A stretch of 64,000 nucleotides of DNA, taken from a virus. The notes under the pieces were generated by a model, which worked only from the letters and a program-made list of their open reading frames with translations, was not told where the DNA came from and did no database searches. The stretch covers positions 1 to 64,000 of the IMG/VR virus record IMGVR_UViG_3300050821_007696, one strand, 5' to 3'. Shown piece by piece: positions 26,502 to 35,859 of the stretch (position 1 is the stretch's first letter; each line of letters starts with the position of its first letter). Both the position numbers and the translations under genes were made by a program.

Positions 26502-27083
26502 GTGTCCGGTTACACGCTGACCCAGGGGGAGCTGTTCTACTGCCTCCCGGCGGCCGTTACCAAGAACACCTACACCTCGCAGGCGCCGATCTCGGCGATC
26601 GCGTCCACTTCGGTGCCCCGGTGCATGATCCCGGCGCTGTACTTCAGCCTCATCGGCAAGTCCGCCCGCTTCACGGCCTGGGGAACCATTGCCAATACCT
26701 CAGCGGCTACGTTCATCTTCGCCGCAGGACTGGACGCGGCAGCCGGGACGATCGGCGGGACAGGCGGCGGCACGCTGTTCACGTCAGCGTCCCTGACGCC
26801 GACCGCGTCGGTGACCGCCCAGTGGATGATGCAGGGCGACGTCACCTGCCAGGCAGTCGGCAACCTGGGCACTACCCTCCAGGTCAACGCTGAGATCAGG
26901 GTCAGCAACGTCGCCTCGGCCGGCGCCTGGAGCACGAGCTTCCAGGACGAGATGCTGGCCACCACCCTGACCGGCCTGAACAACGAGATCCCGCTGTTCC
27001 TGGAGCTGTTCGGCACGTGGTCGGCCAGCGCGGCGGGCAACACCACCACGCTCCAGCAGTTCAAGGTCTACCTGGACAACTAA
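26502..27083 (+). CDS. putative virion protein
   Basis: Thr/Ala/Gly-rich beta protein in structural operon. Confidence 0.7.
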   Translation: MSGYTLTQGELFYCLPAAVTKNTYTSQAPISAIASTSVPRCMIPALYFSLIGKSARFTAWGTIANTSAATFIFAAGLDAAAGTIGGTGGGTLFTSASLTPTASVTAQWMMQGDVTCQAVGNLGTTLQVNAEIRVSNVASAGAWSTSFQDEMLATTLTGLNNEIPLFLELFGTWSASAAGNTTTLQQFKVYLDN

Positions 27084-27127
27084 GCGGGGGGGCGCATCCC
27101 GGAGGCCGACGGCGGAGGCGGTGAGCA

Positions 27128-29710
27128 GTGAGCTGGTCATTCGTCGGCTCCGTCACCACCGGGAACGTAGTCAGTGGCACAACCGGCACCATCTCGCTGC
27201 CGGCCGGGACCAACGGCGGCGACCTGATCGTCGTCGCCTGCTGCTTCTACAACACCACGTTCACCCAGGCGTCGTTCACCACCCAGCAGAACAGCTCCGG
27301 CTCGCAAGGCGCCAAAGACGCGTTCTGGCTCGGCACGCGAATCGCCGGGGGCACAGCCGGCAGCGGCACGACAGACTCCACGTTCACCATCACCTTCGGT
27401 GCCACCACCTGGGGCGAGTGGGTCGTCAGCGTGTACCGCGCCACCAACGGCGTCGGCTCGGTTGTCGGGTCGGCGGAGTACCACACCTCGTCCGGGTACG
27501 TCACCGCCTGCCCTGACGCGACCTACACCCCGACCGCGGGGAACCTGAACGTCTGGGGCTATGCCGGCCAGAACTCCACCGTCGGCACCACTGCCACCAC
27601 GTTCAGCGGCACCGCGCCGACGGCCCTGACGAACTTCGTCCAGCAGGGCACCACCGGCAACGGCGGCGGCGTCGGATTCGGCTGGAAGACCACCAGCGGC
27701 TCACCCGGCGGCGCCACCGCCAACCAGGCCGTCGACCCGACTGACTTCGCCCTGGAAGCCCAGGAAGCAGCAGGCGGCAGCGTTACGGGCAGTCCCCAGC
27801 CGCAGCCGGGCAGCCCGCTCTTCCGGAGGCGGTTCCGCCCGGTCCAGCAGTATCCCCTGGTCCCGGTTATCCCGGTAACCGTCGCGAACGCGGGGCTCGC
27901 CTCGGGTACCGGCAGCGTCCCGGCCCTCACCGTCGCGAGCGCCGGACTCGCTACGGGCACCGGCACCGCGACCACGACCAACCCGGCGTTCACCAACGTC
28001 ACGGCGTTCTTCGACCCGGTCGTCACGTCCAAGCAGTTCACGCTGGCGCCGACTGCCGTCGGGGACTTCATCCTGGCGGCAATTCTCTGCCCGACAACCA
28101 ACGCCGACTGGGCGACGGCCCTGTCCAGCGCGGGCGGGAACGTGCTGTGGTCGTCGATCGGGTCGCCCGCGCACCTGGCTTCCAGCGTCAACACTGCGAC
28201 GGCGGCGTTGTTCATCGGCCAGGTGATCACCGCCGCCTCTCATACGGTGACGATCACCACGAATACCGGCTCGCCGACGCTGCGGATGCTCGGGTCGGAA
28301 TTCAACTGCGCGAACGGGTTCAGCGCGGTCACGGTCGACGCCTCCGGTACCGAGGACGTCTCCTCTAGCGGACACTTCCCCGCTGTCACGCCGACGCGCA
28401 CCGGGGACCTCTACTGGTCAGCCTGTTACGACTTCGGCAGCGGCTCCACCGGCACGACCGCGGGCTACACCTACGAGGTCGATGCCAACGGGAACGTGCT
28501 GTGCTTCAACATCAGCTGCCCGAACAGCACGCAGACCCCGAACATCGGCAACACCGACGGCATCACCGGCATCGGCATCATGCTGTACAGCGCCGGGACC
28601 TTCGCCAGTGCCGGCCTTGCCACGGGCACCGGAACCGCCCAGCCCCCCGGACTGGCGCAGGCAGCTCTCGCCGCAGGTACCGGCACTGCGCAGCCGCCGT
28701 CCGCCCCCGGCCCGTTCCTCGCCGGGCTCGCCTCCGGCACGGGTACCGCTCCCCCGTTCGGTCTCGCCCAGGCGGCCCTCGCCCACGGCACCGGCACGGT
28801 CACGCAGGCTGCCCTCGCGCAGGCTGCCCTCGCCGCGGGCACGGGTGCCGCCTCTTCCCTTACTGTTGCCCCGGCGGGCCTCGCCACGGGCACGGGTACT
28901 GCCCAGCCGGGACAGTTCTTCGCGGCGGCCCAGCTGGCGCATGCTACGGGCACCGCCTCCCAGTCCCCGTCTAAGGCCGGGCTGGCGACCGCGGCGGGCA
29001 CGGCCCAGGCTCCGTCTGCCCCCGGCCCGGTCGCGGCCGGGCTCGCACACGGTACCGGCACGGCACTGTCGACGTCGTCACCCAACGCCGGGCTCGCGCA
29101 CGGCACCGGCACGGCAGGACCGCCGCCTTTCCCCGCTCCCCTGAACCACTTCGCCGTCGCCTTCACCGAGCCGGGCCCGTCTGCGGTCCTGAGCGGGAAC
29201 AGCTTCGGCGGGACACTTGCCGTGCCGAACTTCGGTGCTGCCCTGACCCCGGCCGTGAACCTCGGCGCGGCTCTCACCCTGGCAAACCTCAGCGCTGCCT
29301 TGGCCGCCCCCGGCCTGGGCGCTACCCTTGTGCTACCGGCCTTTGGCGCCGCCGTCACCGGAGGGACCATGCAGCAGGCCAGCCTGACCCTCAGTGAGTT
29401 TAACGACATGACGGTCAACATCGCGGTCACGAACAACGGCGTCGCGTTCAACCTCACCGGGTACAACCTCAACCTGCTGCTGAAGTCCGCGGCGGGCGTT
29501 CCCGACTCCAGCGCGCTGACCTTCTCCTCCACCGGTGGTTCCCCGGCGATCACCATTACCAGCCCGTCGGGCGGCCTTGCTGTTGCGCAGCTGCCTAACG
29601 CCGACCTGGATGCGGAAACTTACAGCTTCTACCGCCTGGACGTCGTCCAGACCTCCACCAGTTACCAGCAGACGACCGTCTACGGGCCGATCACCTGGAT
29701 CACGCTGTGA
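27128..29710 (+). CDS. large fibre-like virion protein with AGLAxGTGTA repeats and C-terminal Ig/BppU-like domain
   Basis: about 12 repeats; C-terminal FNLTGY...YRLDV segment. Confidence 0.75.
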   Translation: MSWSFVGSVTTGNVVSGTTGTISLPAGTNGGDLIVVACCFYNTTFTQASFTTQQNSSGSQGAKDAFWLGTRIAGGTAGSGTTDSTFTITFGATTWGEWVVSVYRATNGVGSVVGSAEYHTSSGYVTACPDATYTPTAGNLNVWGYAGQNSTVGTTATTFSGTAPTALTNFVQQGTTGNGGGVGFGWKTTSGSPGGATANQAVDPTDFALEAQEAAGGSVTGSPQPQPGSPLFRRRFRPVQQYPLVPVIPVTVANAGLASGTGSVPALTVASAGLATGTGTATTTNPAFTNVTAFFDPVVTSKQFTLAPTAVGDFILAAILCPTTNADWATALSSAGGNVLWSSIGSPAHLASSVNTATAALFIGQVITAASHTVTITTNTGSPTLRMLGSEFNCANGFSAVTVDASGTEDVSSSGHFPAVTPTRTGDLYWSACYDFGSGSTGTTAGYTYEVDANGNVLCFNISCPNSTQTPNIGNTDGITGIGIMLYSAGTFASAGLATGTGTAQPPGLAQAALAAGTGTAQPPSAPGPFLAGLASGTGTAPPFGLAQAALAHGTGTVTQAALAQAALAAGTGAASSLTVAPAGLATGTGTAQPGQFFAAAQLAHATGTASQSPSKAGLATAAGTAQAPSAPGPVAAGLAHGTGTALSTSSPNAGLAHGTGTAGPPPFPAPLNHFAVAFTEPGPSAVLSGNSFGGTLAVPNFGAALTPAVNLGAALTLANLSAALAAPGLGATLVLPAFGAAVTGGTMQQASLTLSEFNDMTVNIAVTNNGVAFNLTGYNLNLLLKSAAGVPDSSALTFSSTGGSPAITITSPSGGLAVAQLPNADLDAETYSFYRLDVVQTSTSYQQTTVYGPITWITL

Positions 29711-29772
29711 CCCCGTCTGGCGTTGACCCCATGGGGCTCCGTTATGTCTATGGCCAGCGGGGTGTGTGACAG

Positions 29773-30801
29773 ATGTCAGCTCAAGTGTATTACGACAACC
29801 CAGCGGAAGCATCCGCGGTCGTTCCGGTCACGTTCACGACCGCGACGGGCGCTGTCGCCGATCCCACGTCGATCAGCTGCGTAGTCATCGACCCTACGGG
29901 CGTGCAGACCACCTACACGTACGGCATCACGCCGCCGAACAACACGATCGTCCGGGCGTCCCTCGGCAACTACACGCTGAGCCTCACCGGCATCACCCTC
30001 GCGGGCCTGTACACGACCATCTGGATCGGCACCGGCAACAGCGTCCAGCAGACGTCGCCGTATACCGTGCGGATCGTGCCGCTGTCGGCGGTCGGTACCG
30101 GGATGCAGTACTGGTACACCGGCCGGGAAGAGCTTAAGTCACGGCTGAACATCGTGGACAACAACAGCGACTACGAGATCCAGCTGGCAATCCAGGCCGT
30201 CACCAACTGGATTAACGCTTACTGCGGCCGAACTTTTTACCAGCTAACGGAGACCCGGACGTTCTGCCCGGACAACATCTGGGAGCTGCCGATTGACGAC
30301 CTGGTGTCTACGCCCGCGGTCGCCGCGAACACCCAGGTGAACCTCGACTACGACGGCGACGGGATCTTCGAGACCGCCTGGGGCAACCCGGCTTCGCCGG
30401 TCGGCACCGGCCTGAACTACGTGCTGAAGCTCGGCACGCCCGGCGGCTACGAGGACAACTACAACGTCAACGCGGCCGGCGTGCCCCGCCCCTACACCCA
30501 GCTCCAGGCACTCATGGCCGGGCAGGGGCAGAACCCCGCAGGCGGCGGCTGGCTCCCGTTCATCTGGCCCTACACCCACCTCAACCGGGTGCAGGTCACC
30601 GGCACCTGGGGCTGGAACACCGTCCCGCCGTCCGTCCAGCAGGCGTCCCTGCTGCTGTGCACCGACGTTTTCAAAAGCAAAGACGCGCCGTGGGGTGTCG
30701 CGGGTACCGCCGAGACCGGGCTGATGCGCGTTTCCTCCAACCCGTGGGCGGTCGAGTTTTTGCATGACTTCATCAATACGAGGCGCAAGGTCGGCGTGTA
30801 G
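29773..30801 (+). CDS. head-to-tail adaptor with N-terminal Ig-like domain
   Basis: YTGREELKSRL, INAYCGRTF, VQVTGTWGW..VPPSVQQA. Confidence 0.8.
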   Translation: MSAQVYYDNPAEASAVVPVTFTTATGAVADPTSISCVVIDPTGVQTTYTYGITPPNNTIVRASLGNYTLSLTGITLAGLYTTIWIGTGNSVQQTSPYTVRIVPLSAVGTGMQYWYTGREELKSRLNIVDNNSDYEIQLAIQAVTNWINAYCGRTFYQLTETRTFCPDNIWELPIDDLVSTPAVAANTQVNLDYDGDGIFETAWGNPASPVGTGLNYVLKLGTPGGYEDNYNVNAAGVPRPYTQLQALMAGQGQNPAGGGWLPFIWPYTHLNRVQVTGTWGWNTVPPSVQQASLLLCTDVFKSKDAPWGVAGTAETGLMRVSSNPWAVEFLHDFINTRRKVGV

Positions 30802-30810
30802 GTTCCTGTT

Positions 30811-32028
30811 ATGGCACCTAAGCCGAAGGCCCCGGTCAAGGCTCCCCAGCCGACGAAGCACACGGCGGCGCCGACGGGCCTGCAGCTGTCCGCAGCGCAG
30901 TGGAAGGCGTACAACGCGGCCTACAACGCCTACGCCACCGCCGCCTACCGGACCCTGGCGCTCGCCCAGCGCCGCGCCGCGCTGAGCGCCGCCGTGCTGA
31001 ACCTGCGCAAGAGCCGGCTGAGCGCCGCCTACTCGATGGCGAAGATAACCGCTGCCTCGCACGCCGTCGCCCGGACCGCCGCCATCGCCGCGTTCGCTAC
31101 CCGCATGTCCTACCGGCAGTCGGTCCTCGCCCACCAGAACGCCGCGCTCCGCAACCGGGTCTACGCGAACTTCGAGCACCACATGGCCCTGGCAGGCCGC
31201 GCGCAGTTCGTCTACAAGGGCGAGCGGGTCTACGCGCACACCGCCGTCATGCGCACCCTGACCACCCGCCAGGCGACGACGATCGAGCAGGCGCTGTTCG
31301 CGAAGGCCGTCAAGACCGCCAAGCGCGCGACAGCCTCGACTACCACGGCTCCGTCCGCCGCGACCAAGCTGATCCAGGCGGGCGCCCGCGCGGCGGGACT
31401 CGCTGCTGCCGAGGCACTGCCGGGACCGCAGCTGACCGCCCGCCAGAAGGCGCACAACACCGCTAGCAAGCACGCTAAGGCGACGGCGAGTGCTACCGCT
31501 AAGGCGACCGCTGCACGCAACCGCGCGGCGAAGAAGAAGGGGGTAAAGACCGTCGCGTCCGCACCTCGCACCGCCCCGCGTCCGGACGGCACCGCCGCAG
31601 CCGAGAGCTGGCAGGAGTCCCCGTGGTGCGGGGCCTGGCGCGGTGACCCGGACGGGTACGACTGCGTTGCCGCGGCGGTCGCCAACCAGCTGCTGTTCTC
31701 GCAGCGCCTCTACCACTCCGACGTCCAGTACACGGTCCTGAAAGAGGAACTCGGGTACGCGCCGTCCATCGCGCGGGCACTGGGATACGTCGAGGACCAC
31801 TGGCAGTTCGTCGGCTGGCCCCGGCTCGACGGGCACGAGCCTGTCCTGTTCGACGCGGTGCCGCAGGCAGGCGAGATCATCGGCTTCACTACCAGGAAAG
31901 GGCCGCATGCCGCGCTGTACCTGGGGAACGGGCTGATCGCCAGCTGGGGCGAAGTCCTGCTCCTAGACGACGTCATGACCGGGGAAGTCGAGGAAGCCTG
32001 GACACTGACCTGGGGAGCTGTAGTCTGA
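30811..32028 (+). CDS. Ala/Lys/Arg-rich protein with C-terminal putative papain-like domain
   Basis: basic N-terminal two thirds; DCVAAAVAN...HAALY..SWG. Confidence 0.65.
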   Translation: MAPKPKAPVKAPQPTKHTAAPTGLQLSAAQWKAYNAAYNAYATAAYRTLALAQRRAALSAAVLNLRKSRLSAAYSMAKITAASHAVARTAAIAAFATRMSYRQSVLAHQNAALRNRVYANFEHHMALAGRAQFVYKGERVYAHTAVMRTLTTRQATTIEQALFAKAVKTAKRATASTTTAPSAATKLIQAGARAAGLAAAEALPGPQLTARQKAHNTASKHAKATASATAKATAARNRAAKKKGVKTVASAPRTAPRPDGTAAAESWQESPWCGAWRGDPDGYDCVAAAVANQLLFSQRLYHSDVQYTVLKEELGYAPSIARALGYVEDHWQFVGWPRLDGHEPVLFDAVPQAGEIIGFTTRKGPHAALYLGNGLIASWGEVLLLDDVMTGEVEEAWTLTWGAVV

Positions 32029-32032
32029 CCCC

Positions 32033-32509
32033 GTGACGACCAACATGACGCTGGTGCGGACGGCGCTCGCCGCCCAGATCGGCAGGCTCGCCGTGCCCGC
32101 GCTGCGGTCACTGCCCCAGCCCGAGGACCAGATCAACCCGCCGGTCGGGATCGTCATGCCAGGACGTCCGTACCTGACCTACGGCACCACGCTCCAGGGC
32201 GAGACCGGGTTCCTCGGCGAGCCGTCTGCAGCCGGCAGCCAGCTGGCGTCAGTCGACTTCAACCTGGACTACCTGATCATCGTGTCGCACGCCTCAACGC
32301 TTGAGCGCATCGAGGTCAACCTGGACGCGTGGCTCGGCTTCGAGGACGACGCGTCCATCGTGTCGGTGCCGGCTGCCGTCGCTGCCGACCCGACCCTCGG
32401 CGGAGTCGTCGACTGGTGCATCCCGATCACCGCCGACCCGCCCGGCCCCCTTTCCTGGAGCGGTCCCGAGGCGTTCGGCACCCGCATCCACTTCAACTTC
32501 TCCGCCTGA
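32033..32509 (+). CDS. probable tail terminator
   Basis: size, position and ADPTLGGVV motif. Confidence 0.7.
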   Translation: MTTNMTLVRTALAAQIGRLAVPALRSLPQPEDQINPPVGIVMPGRPYLTYGTTLQGETGFLGEPSAAGSQLASVDFNLDYLIIVSHASTLERIEVNLDAWLGFEDDASIVSVPAAVAADPTLGGVVDWCIPITADPPGPLSWSGPEAFGTRIHFNFSA

Positions 32510-32607
32510 TGGGCGACACTGGCGACTGCGGCCCGCACTGCCCGCCCGCCGGGTCCCCGAAGCCGCACTGCTCCTGCAAGCACTGCCACGGAAAGCCGGT
32601 GAAGTAA
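32509..32607 (+). CDS. Cys/His microprotein, 32 aa
   Basis: MGDTGDCGPHC...HCSCKHCH; coupled on both sides. Confidence 0.55.
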   Translation: MGDTGDCGPHCPPAGSPKPHCSCKHCHGKPVK

Positions 32608-32765
32608 TGAGCCTTAACGACCGGGAAGAGAAGCTACGGCAGGCGCGAGAGTGGCTAGACGCACCGGATGCGTCGCTGGAACAGGCACAGGCCGCCGCGG
32701 AGTACCTGCTCTACCGGATGCGGGAACAGCGGGAGGAGCTGCCGTGGCGGCGCGCTCTCTCGTAA
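32607..32765 (+). CDS. hypothetical protein
   Basis: TAATG-coupled. Confidence 0.6.
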   Translation: MSLNDREEKLRQAREWLDAPDASLEQAQAAAEYLLYRMREQREELPWRRALS

Positions 32766-32935
32766 CTGTCCCGTGGCGAACCGGGCGCAGCCTCGGCCGT
32801 ACCCTGTACGCGCGCACCGGCGGAGACGACTGGAAAGCGGACACGTTCATCGGGATCATGGAAACCCCGGAGCTGGCGCTCGCCGTCGCCGAGTGGCACA
32901 ACCAGAAGCTGGGTGACCTGTGGCGCGCATCCTGA
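32744..32935 (+). CDS. hypothetical protein
   Basis: WRTGRSLGRTLY...IGIMETPELA; SD GAGGAG. Confidence 0.6.
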   Translation: MAARSLVTVPWRTGRSLGRTLYARTGGDDWKADTFIGIMETPELALAVAEWHNQKLGDLWRAS

Positions 32936-34035
32936 TCGTTCACCCCGGGCCCGATTTTTCGGTTGCCGACGTGTACCGCGGCTGGCAGAAGGCGCTGTCG
33001 AAGCTCGGCCACACGGTGATGACGTACAACACCAACGACCGGCTCACCTTCTACGGGCACCTGCGGATGGCCGAGCACGGCAAGCCCGCGTGCGAGGCGT
33101 GCGGGGAGGTGCCGACGCGCAAGGCGCTGGACAACGACGGCATCCTCCAGCTGGGCATGGACGGCCTGTACGCCGACCTGAACAAGTTCTGGCCCGACGT
33201 GGTGCTGTTCGTCTCGGCGTTCTACATGTCCCCGGCGCTGCTCCAGTTCATCCGGACCCGGCGGCACAAGATCGTGATGCTGCACACCGAGAGCCCGTAC
33301 GAGGACACCGCGCAGATGGAGCGCGGCCAGTTCGCCGACCTGAACCTGCTCAACGACCCGGTGAACCTGGAGGCGTGGCGCGACCTGGAAGTGCCCGCCG
33401 CCTACATGCCGCACGCTTACGACCCGGACGTGCACTACCCCGACTGGCGTCCCGGCCGTTACGAGTCCGACTTCGCGTTCGTCGGGACGATCTTCAAGTC
33501 GCGGGCCGAGTTCTTCTCCAAGATGGACTTCACCGGCATCGACGCTGCGCTCGGCGGGGCCGGCTGGGACCTGGCGATGAAGCAGTACCCCGAGCTGGTC
33601 ACGGCGGTGGTGGACGCGCAGCGGCGGACCCGGCTGGTGGACTACGTCGGGCACCCGCTGGGCGCCTGCGTCGGCAACGACGAGACCGCCCGCGTCTACC
33701 GCGGCGCCAGGTGCGGGATCAACTTCTACCGCCGCGAGGCCGAGGACGCGCACACGGGCGAGGGCTGGGCGATGGGGCCGCGCGAGGTGGAGATGGCCGC
33801 GTGCGGGCTGTTCTTCCTGCGCGACCCGCGGCCGGAGAGCGACGAGGTGTTCGGGCACATCCTGCCGTCGTTCAGCTCGCCGGAGGAGGCTTCGCAGCTG
33901 CTGCACAACTGGCTCGGCTACGGGACGCGGCGGGAGTACGCAGCCGAGCGCGCCTACCAGGCGATCGCGGCGCGCACATTCGACAATAACGCCCGTGCGG
34001 CACTGAACCTGATGGAAGAGGCAGGGATTCTGTGA
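32920..34035 (+). CDS. GT-B glycosyltransferase (CgeB-like)
   Basis: PHAYDPDVH, DFAFVGT, GPREVEMAACG. Confidence 0.85.
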   Translation: MARILIVHPGPDFSVADVYRGWQKALSKLGHTVMTYNTNDRLTFYGHLRMAEHGKPACEACGEVPTRKALDNDGILQLGMDGLYADLNKFWPDVVLFVSAFYMSPALLQFIRTRRHKIVMLHTESPYEDTAQMERGQFADLNLLNDPVNLEAWRDLEVPAAYMPHAYDPDVHYPDWRPGRYESDFAFVGTIFKSRAEFFSKMDFTGIDAALGGAGWDLAMKQYPELVTAVVDAQRRTRLVDYVGHPLGACVGNDETARVYRGARCGINFYRREAEDAHTGEGWAMGPREVEMAACGLFFLRDPRPESDEVFGHILPSFSSPEEASQLLHNWLGYGTRREYAAERAYQAIAARTFDNNARAALNLMEEAGIL

Positions 34036-34193
34036 TCTGCAAAACGTGCCGTGCGGCTGCTTACGTCGCTGCGGGCAAGGATGCGAACGCGAACGTCACC
34101 GGGCCGCCCTTGCTGCGTCAGGCGGACCTGCTGCACATGCAGTGCCCGGGAGACACCTGGTGCGACTGCCAGCACTATCCGGTGCGTTCTTAG
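34032..34193 (+). CDS. Cys/His microprotein, 53 aa
   Basis: MICKTC...HMQCPGDTWCDCQH; GTGA-coupled; TAG stop lies in the 18-bp element. Confidence 0.65.
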   Translation: MICKTCRAAAYVAAGKDANANVTGPPLLRQADLLHMQCPGDTWCDCQHYPVRS

Positions 34194-34208
34194 TGCCAGC
34201 TGGCACTG
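34191..34208 (+). repeat. 18-bp element, copy 3
   Basis: exact copy. Confidence 0.95.
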
Positions 34209-34240
34209 GGCTGCCCTATCCAGGCAGGCAGCGGGCACCC

Positions 34241-34322
34241 TACACTTAGGTAGAGTAGCCGAGGCCACGTGTAAGCCACGTCGGAGCCGGACCCGTTCCT
34301 TTTTTTGGAAAAGGGGTCTGAC
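34241..34322 (+). promoter_or_regulatory. -10 box plus late-gene leader motif (major tail)
   Basis: TACACT...GCC-GA-GGCC-ACGTG-TAAGC-CACGT-C-GGAGCC; SD inside CGGACCC/GGGTCTG hairpin. Confidence 0.8.
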
Positions 34323-34775
34323 GTGGGGCGTATCCACGGCCGCAACGGCATGGTCTACATGGCGATCCTGTCTGGCGGTACCGCTCAGCCGCTCGCCTAT
34401 GTTTCCGACTGGACGATGAACTTCAACGTCGCCAAGGTCGATGTCACGGCGCTCGGCGACACCAACCTCGTCTGGGTTGCGGGCCTGCCTGACGCCTCCG
34501 GTGACTTCACCGGCTTCATGGACACGGCGACCAGCCAGACCTACCAGTCCGCGGTCGACGGCCAGCCGCGCAACTTCTACCTGTACCCGACGCTGATCGC
34601 CGTCAACGGCGGTCCAGGCAACGCGCAGGTCTCGGTCGGCCAGTACTTCTTCGGAGCCATCCTTCCTGACTTCAGCGCGGCGGGCGGCGTCGCAGCCGCG
34701 GTCACCATGAAGAGCACCTGGAATGCTGCGTCGCAGGTACAGCGGTACCCGGCCCTGGGTGTTCCTGGCACGTAA
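34323..34775 (+). CDS. major tail protein
   Basis: RIHGRNG...DVTALGD...GLPDASG; position before the chaperones; followed by a terminator. Confidence 0.85.
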   Translation: MGRIHGRNGMVYMAILSGGTAQPLAYVSDWTMNFNVAKVDVTALGDTNLVWVAGLPDASGDFTGFMDTATSQTYQSAVDGQPRNFYLYPTLIAVNGGPGNAQVSVGQYFFGAILPDFSAAGGVAAAVTMKSTWNAASQVQRYPALGVPGT

Positions 34776-34787
34776 CCCTGACACGGC

Positions 34788-34822
34788 GACGGCCGCTTTC
34801 CAGTGCGCGGAAAGCGGCCGTC
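34788..34822 (+). terminator. terminator after major tail gene
   Basis: GACGGCCGCTTTCC/GGAAAGCGGCCGTC. Confidence 0.7.
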
Positions 34823-34906
34823 TGCCAGGGCCGTACATGGAAATGGGGTTCCGAGACTTCATTGGGCACTGACATCCCCGACCTTATATCGAAACCGGAG
34901 ATTTCA

Positions 34907-35398
34907 ATGCCCCCAGCTGCAACGCGGCGTGCCCGTACTGCCCGTCCCGTCGAAGACGCGCGCCCGGTCGACGAACTCGGCGCTGCCTTCGGCATCGAGG
35001 AGCCGCCCCGGGTGAAGGCCCGGCGCCAGGCCCGCCGCATCCAGTCGGCGACGGCCGACCCGAAGGTACGGCTGCCCGAGAACGAGCGCGCCGTCGAGGT
35101 TGCCGACGGGGAACTGTCCGCGCCGCTCGCCGGGCACTACTTCCGGCTTCAGGAGTCCATCGGCCTGATGCCGCTGATGGAGTGGGCCGCGGCGACCGCC
35201 GAAGTAGACCCCGACAACCAGGTGCAGCTCGCCGGGCTGTTCAACCTGCTCAAGGACCTGGTTGACCCGGAGGACTGGGCGGAGTTCCGGAAGGTCTCCC
35301 GCGAGGCCAAGTGCAACGACGAGGACTTCGTCAAGTTCGTCAACGCCGCGATGGAGGCAATCGCGGCCCGCCCTACCGCGGCGCCCGCAACCTCCTGA
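34907..35398 (+). CDS. tail assembly chaperone (G-like)
   Basis: position; ends ...ARPT with CGCCCTAC candidate slippery site. Confidence 0.75.
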   Translation: MPPAATRRARTARPVEDARPVDELGAAFGIEEPPRVKARRQARRIQSATADPKVRLPENERAVEVADGELSAPLAGHYFRLQESIGLMPLMEWAAATAEVDPDNQVQLAGLFNLLKDLVDPEDWAEFRKVSREAKCNDEDFVKFVNAAMEAIAARPTAAPATS

Positions 35399-35859
35399 CC
35401 TGGGTACTCGCGCACTTCGCGAAGGTTAACGGCGACTTCCTGCGCACTCACGGGCACGGCATCGAGCAGCTGAGCCCGCGGGAGCTGTGCGACGTCGCCT
35501 ACTCCTCGATCGTCGCTGACATGGAACGCCACTACTATGCCCTGGTCGCGGCCGGGGCAAAGTGGGAGGACGTCAGCGACCCGCTCGGCGACGACATCCA
35601 GCGGTTCGAGGAGCGTATCGGGCTGCGCGACGACCCCGAGGCCATCGCCCTCGCGATGCACCGGCAGTTCCTGAAGGACCAGGGCAAGGAGTGGGACGAC
35701 ACGCCGGTCGGCGCGGGCACCGGGCAGTGGTGGGAGCAGGACACCGAGTTCACCAGCATGTCCGACCTGGACCAGGCGTCGAAGCGCAGGCAGGCTGTAG
35801 AAAAGAACCGCGGGCTGTTCGCGAAGAACAAGGCGCCAGCGGACAAGGAGGTGCTGTAA
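35371..35859 (+). CDS. tail assembly chaperone extension (T-like, -1 frame)
   Basis: overlapping -1 frame ORF with no credible start of its own. Confidence 0.7.
   Translation, partial: PYRGARNLLTWVLAHFAKVNGDFLRTHGHGIEQLSPRELCDVAYSSIVADMERHYYALVAAGAKWEDVSDPLGDDIQRFEERIGLRDDPEAIALAMHRQFLKDQGKEWDDTPVGAGTGQWWEQDTEFTSMSDLDQASKRRQAVEKNRGLFAKNKAPADKEVL

Noticed and set aside
27098-27120. Additional leader-motif copy GGCC-GACGGC-GGAGG
   Set aside because: GGAGG is simply the SD; no upstream -10 box and no GCY
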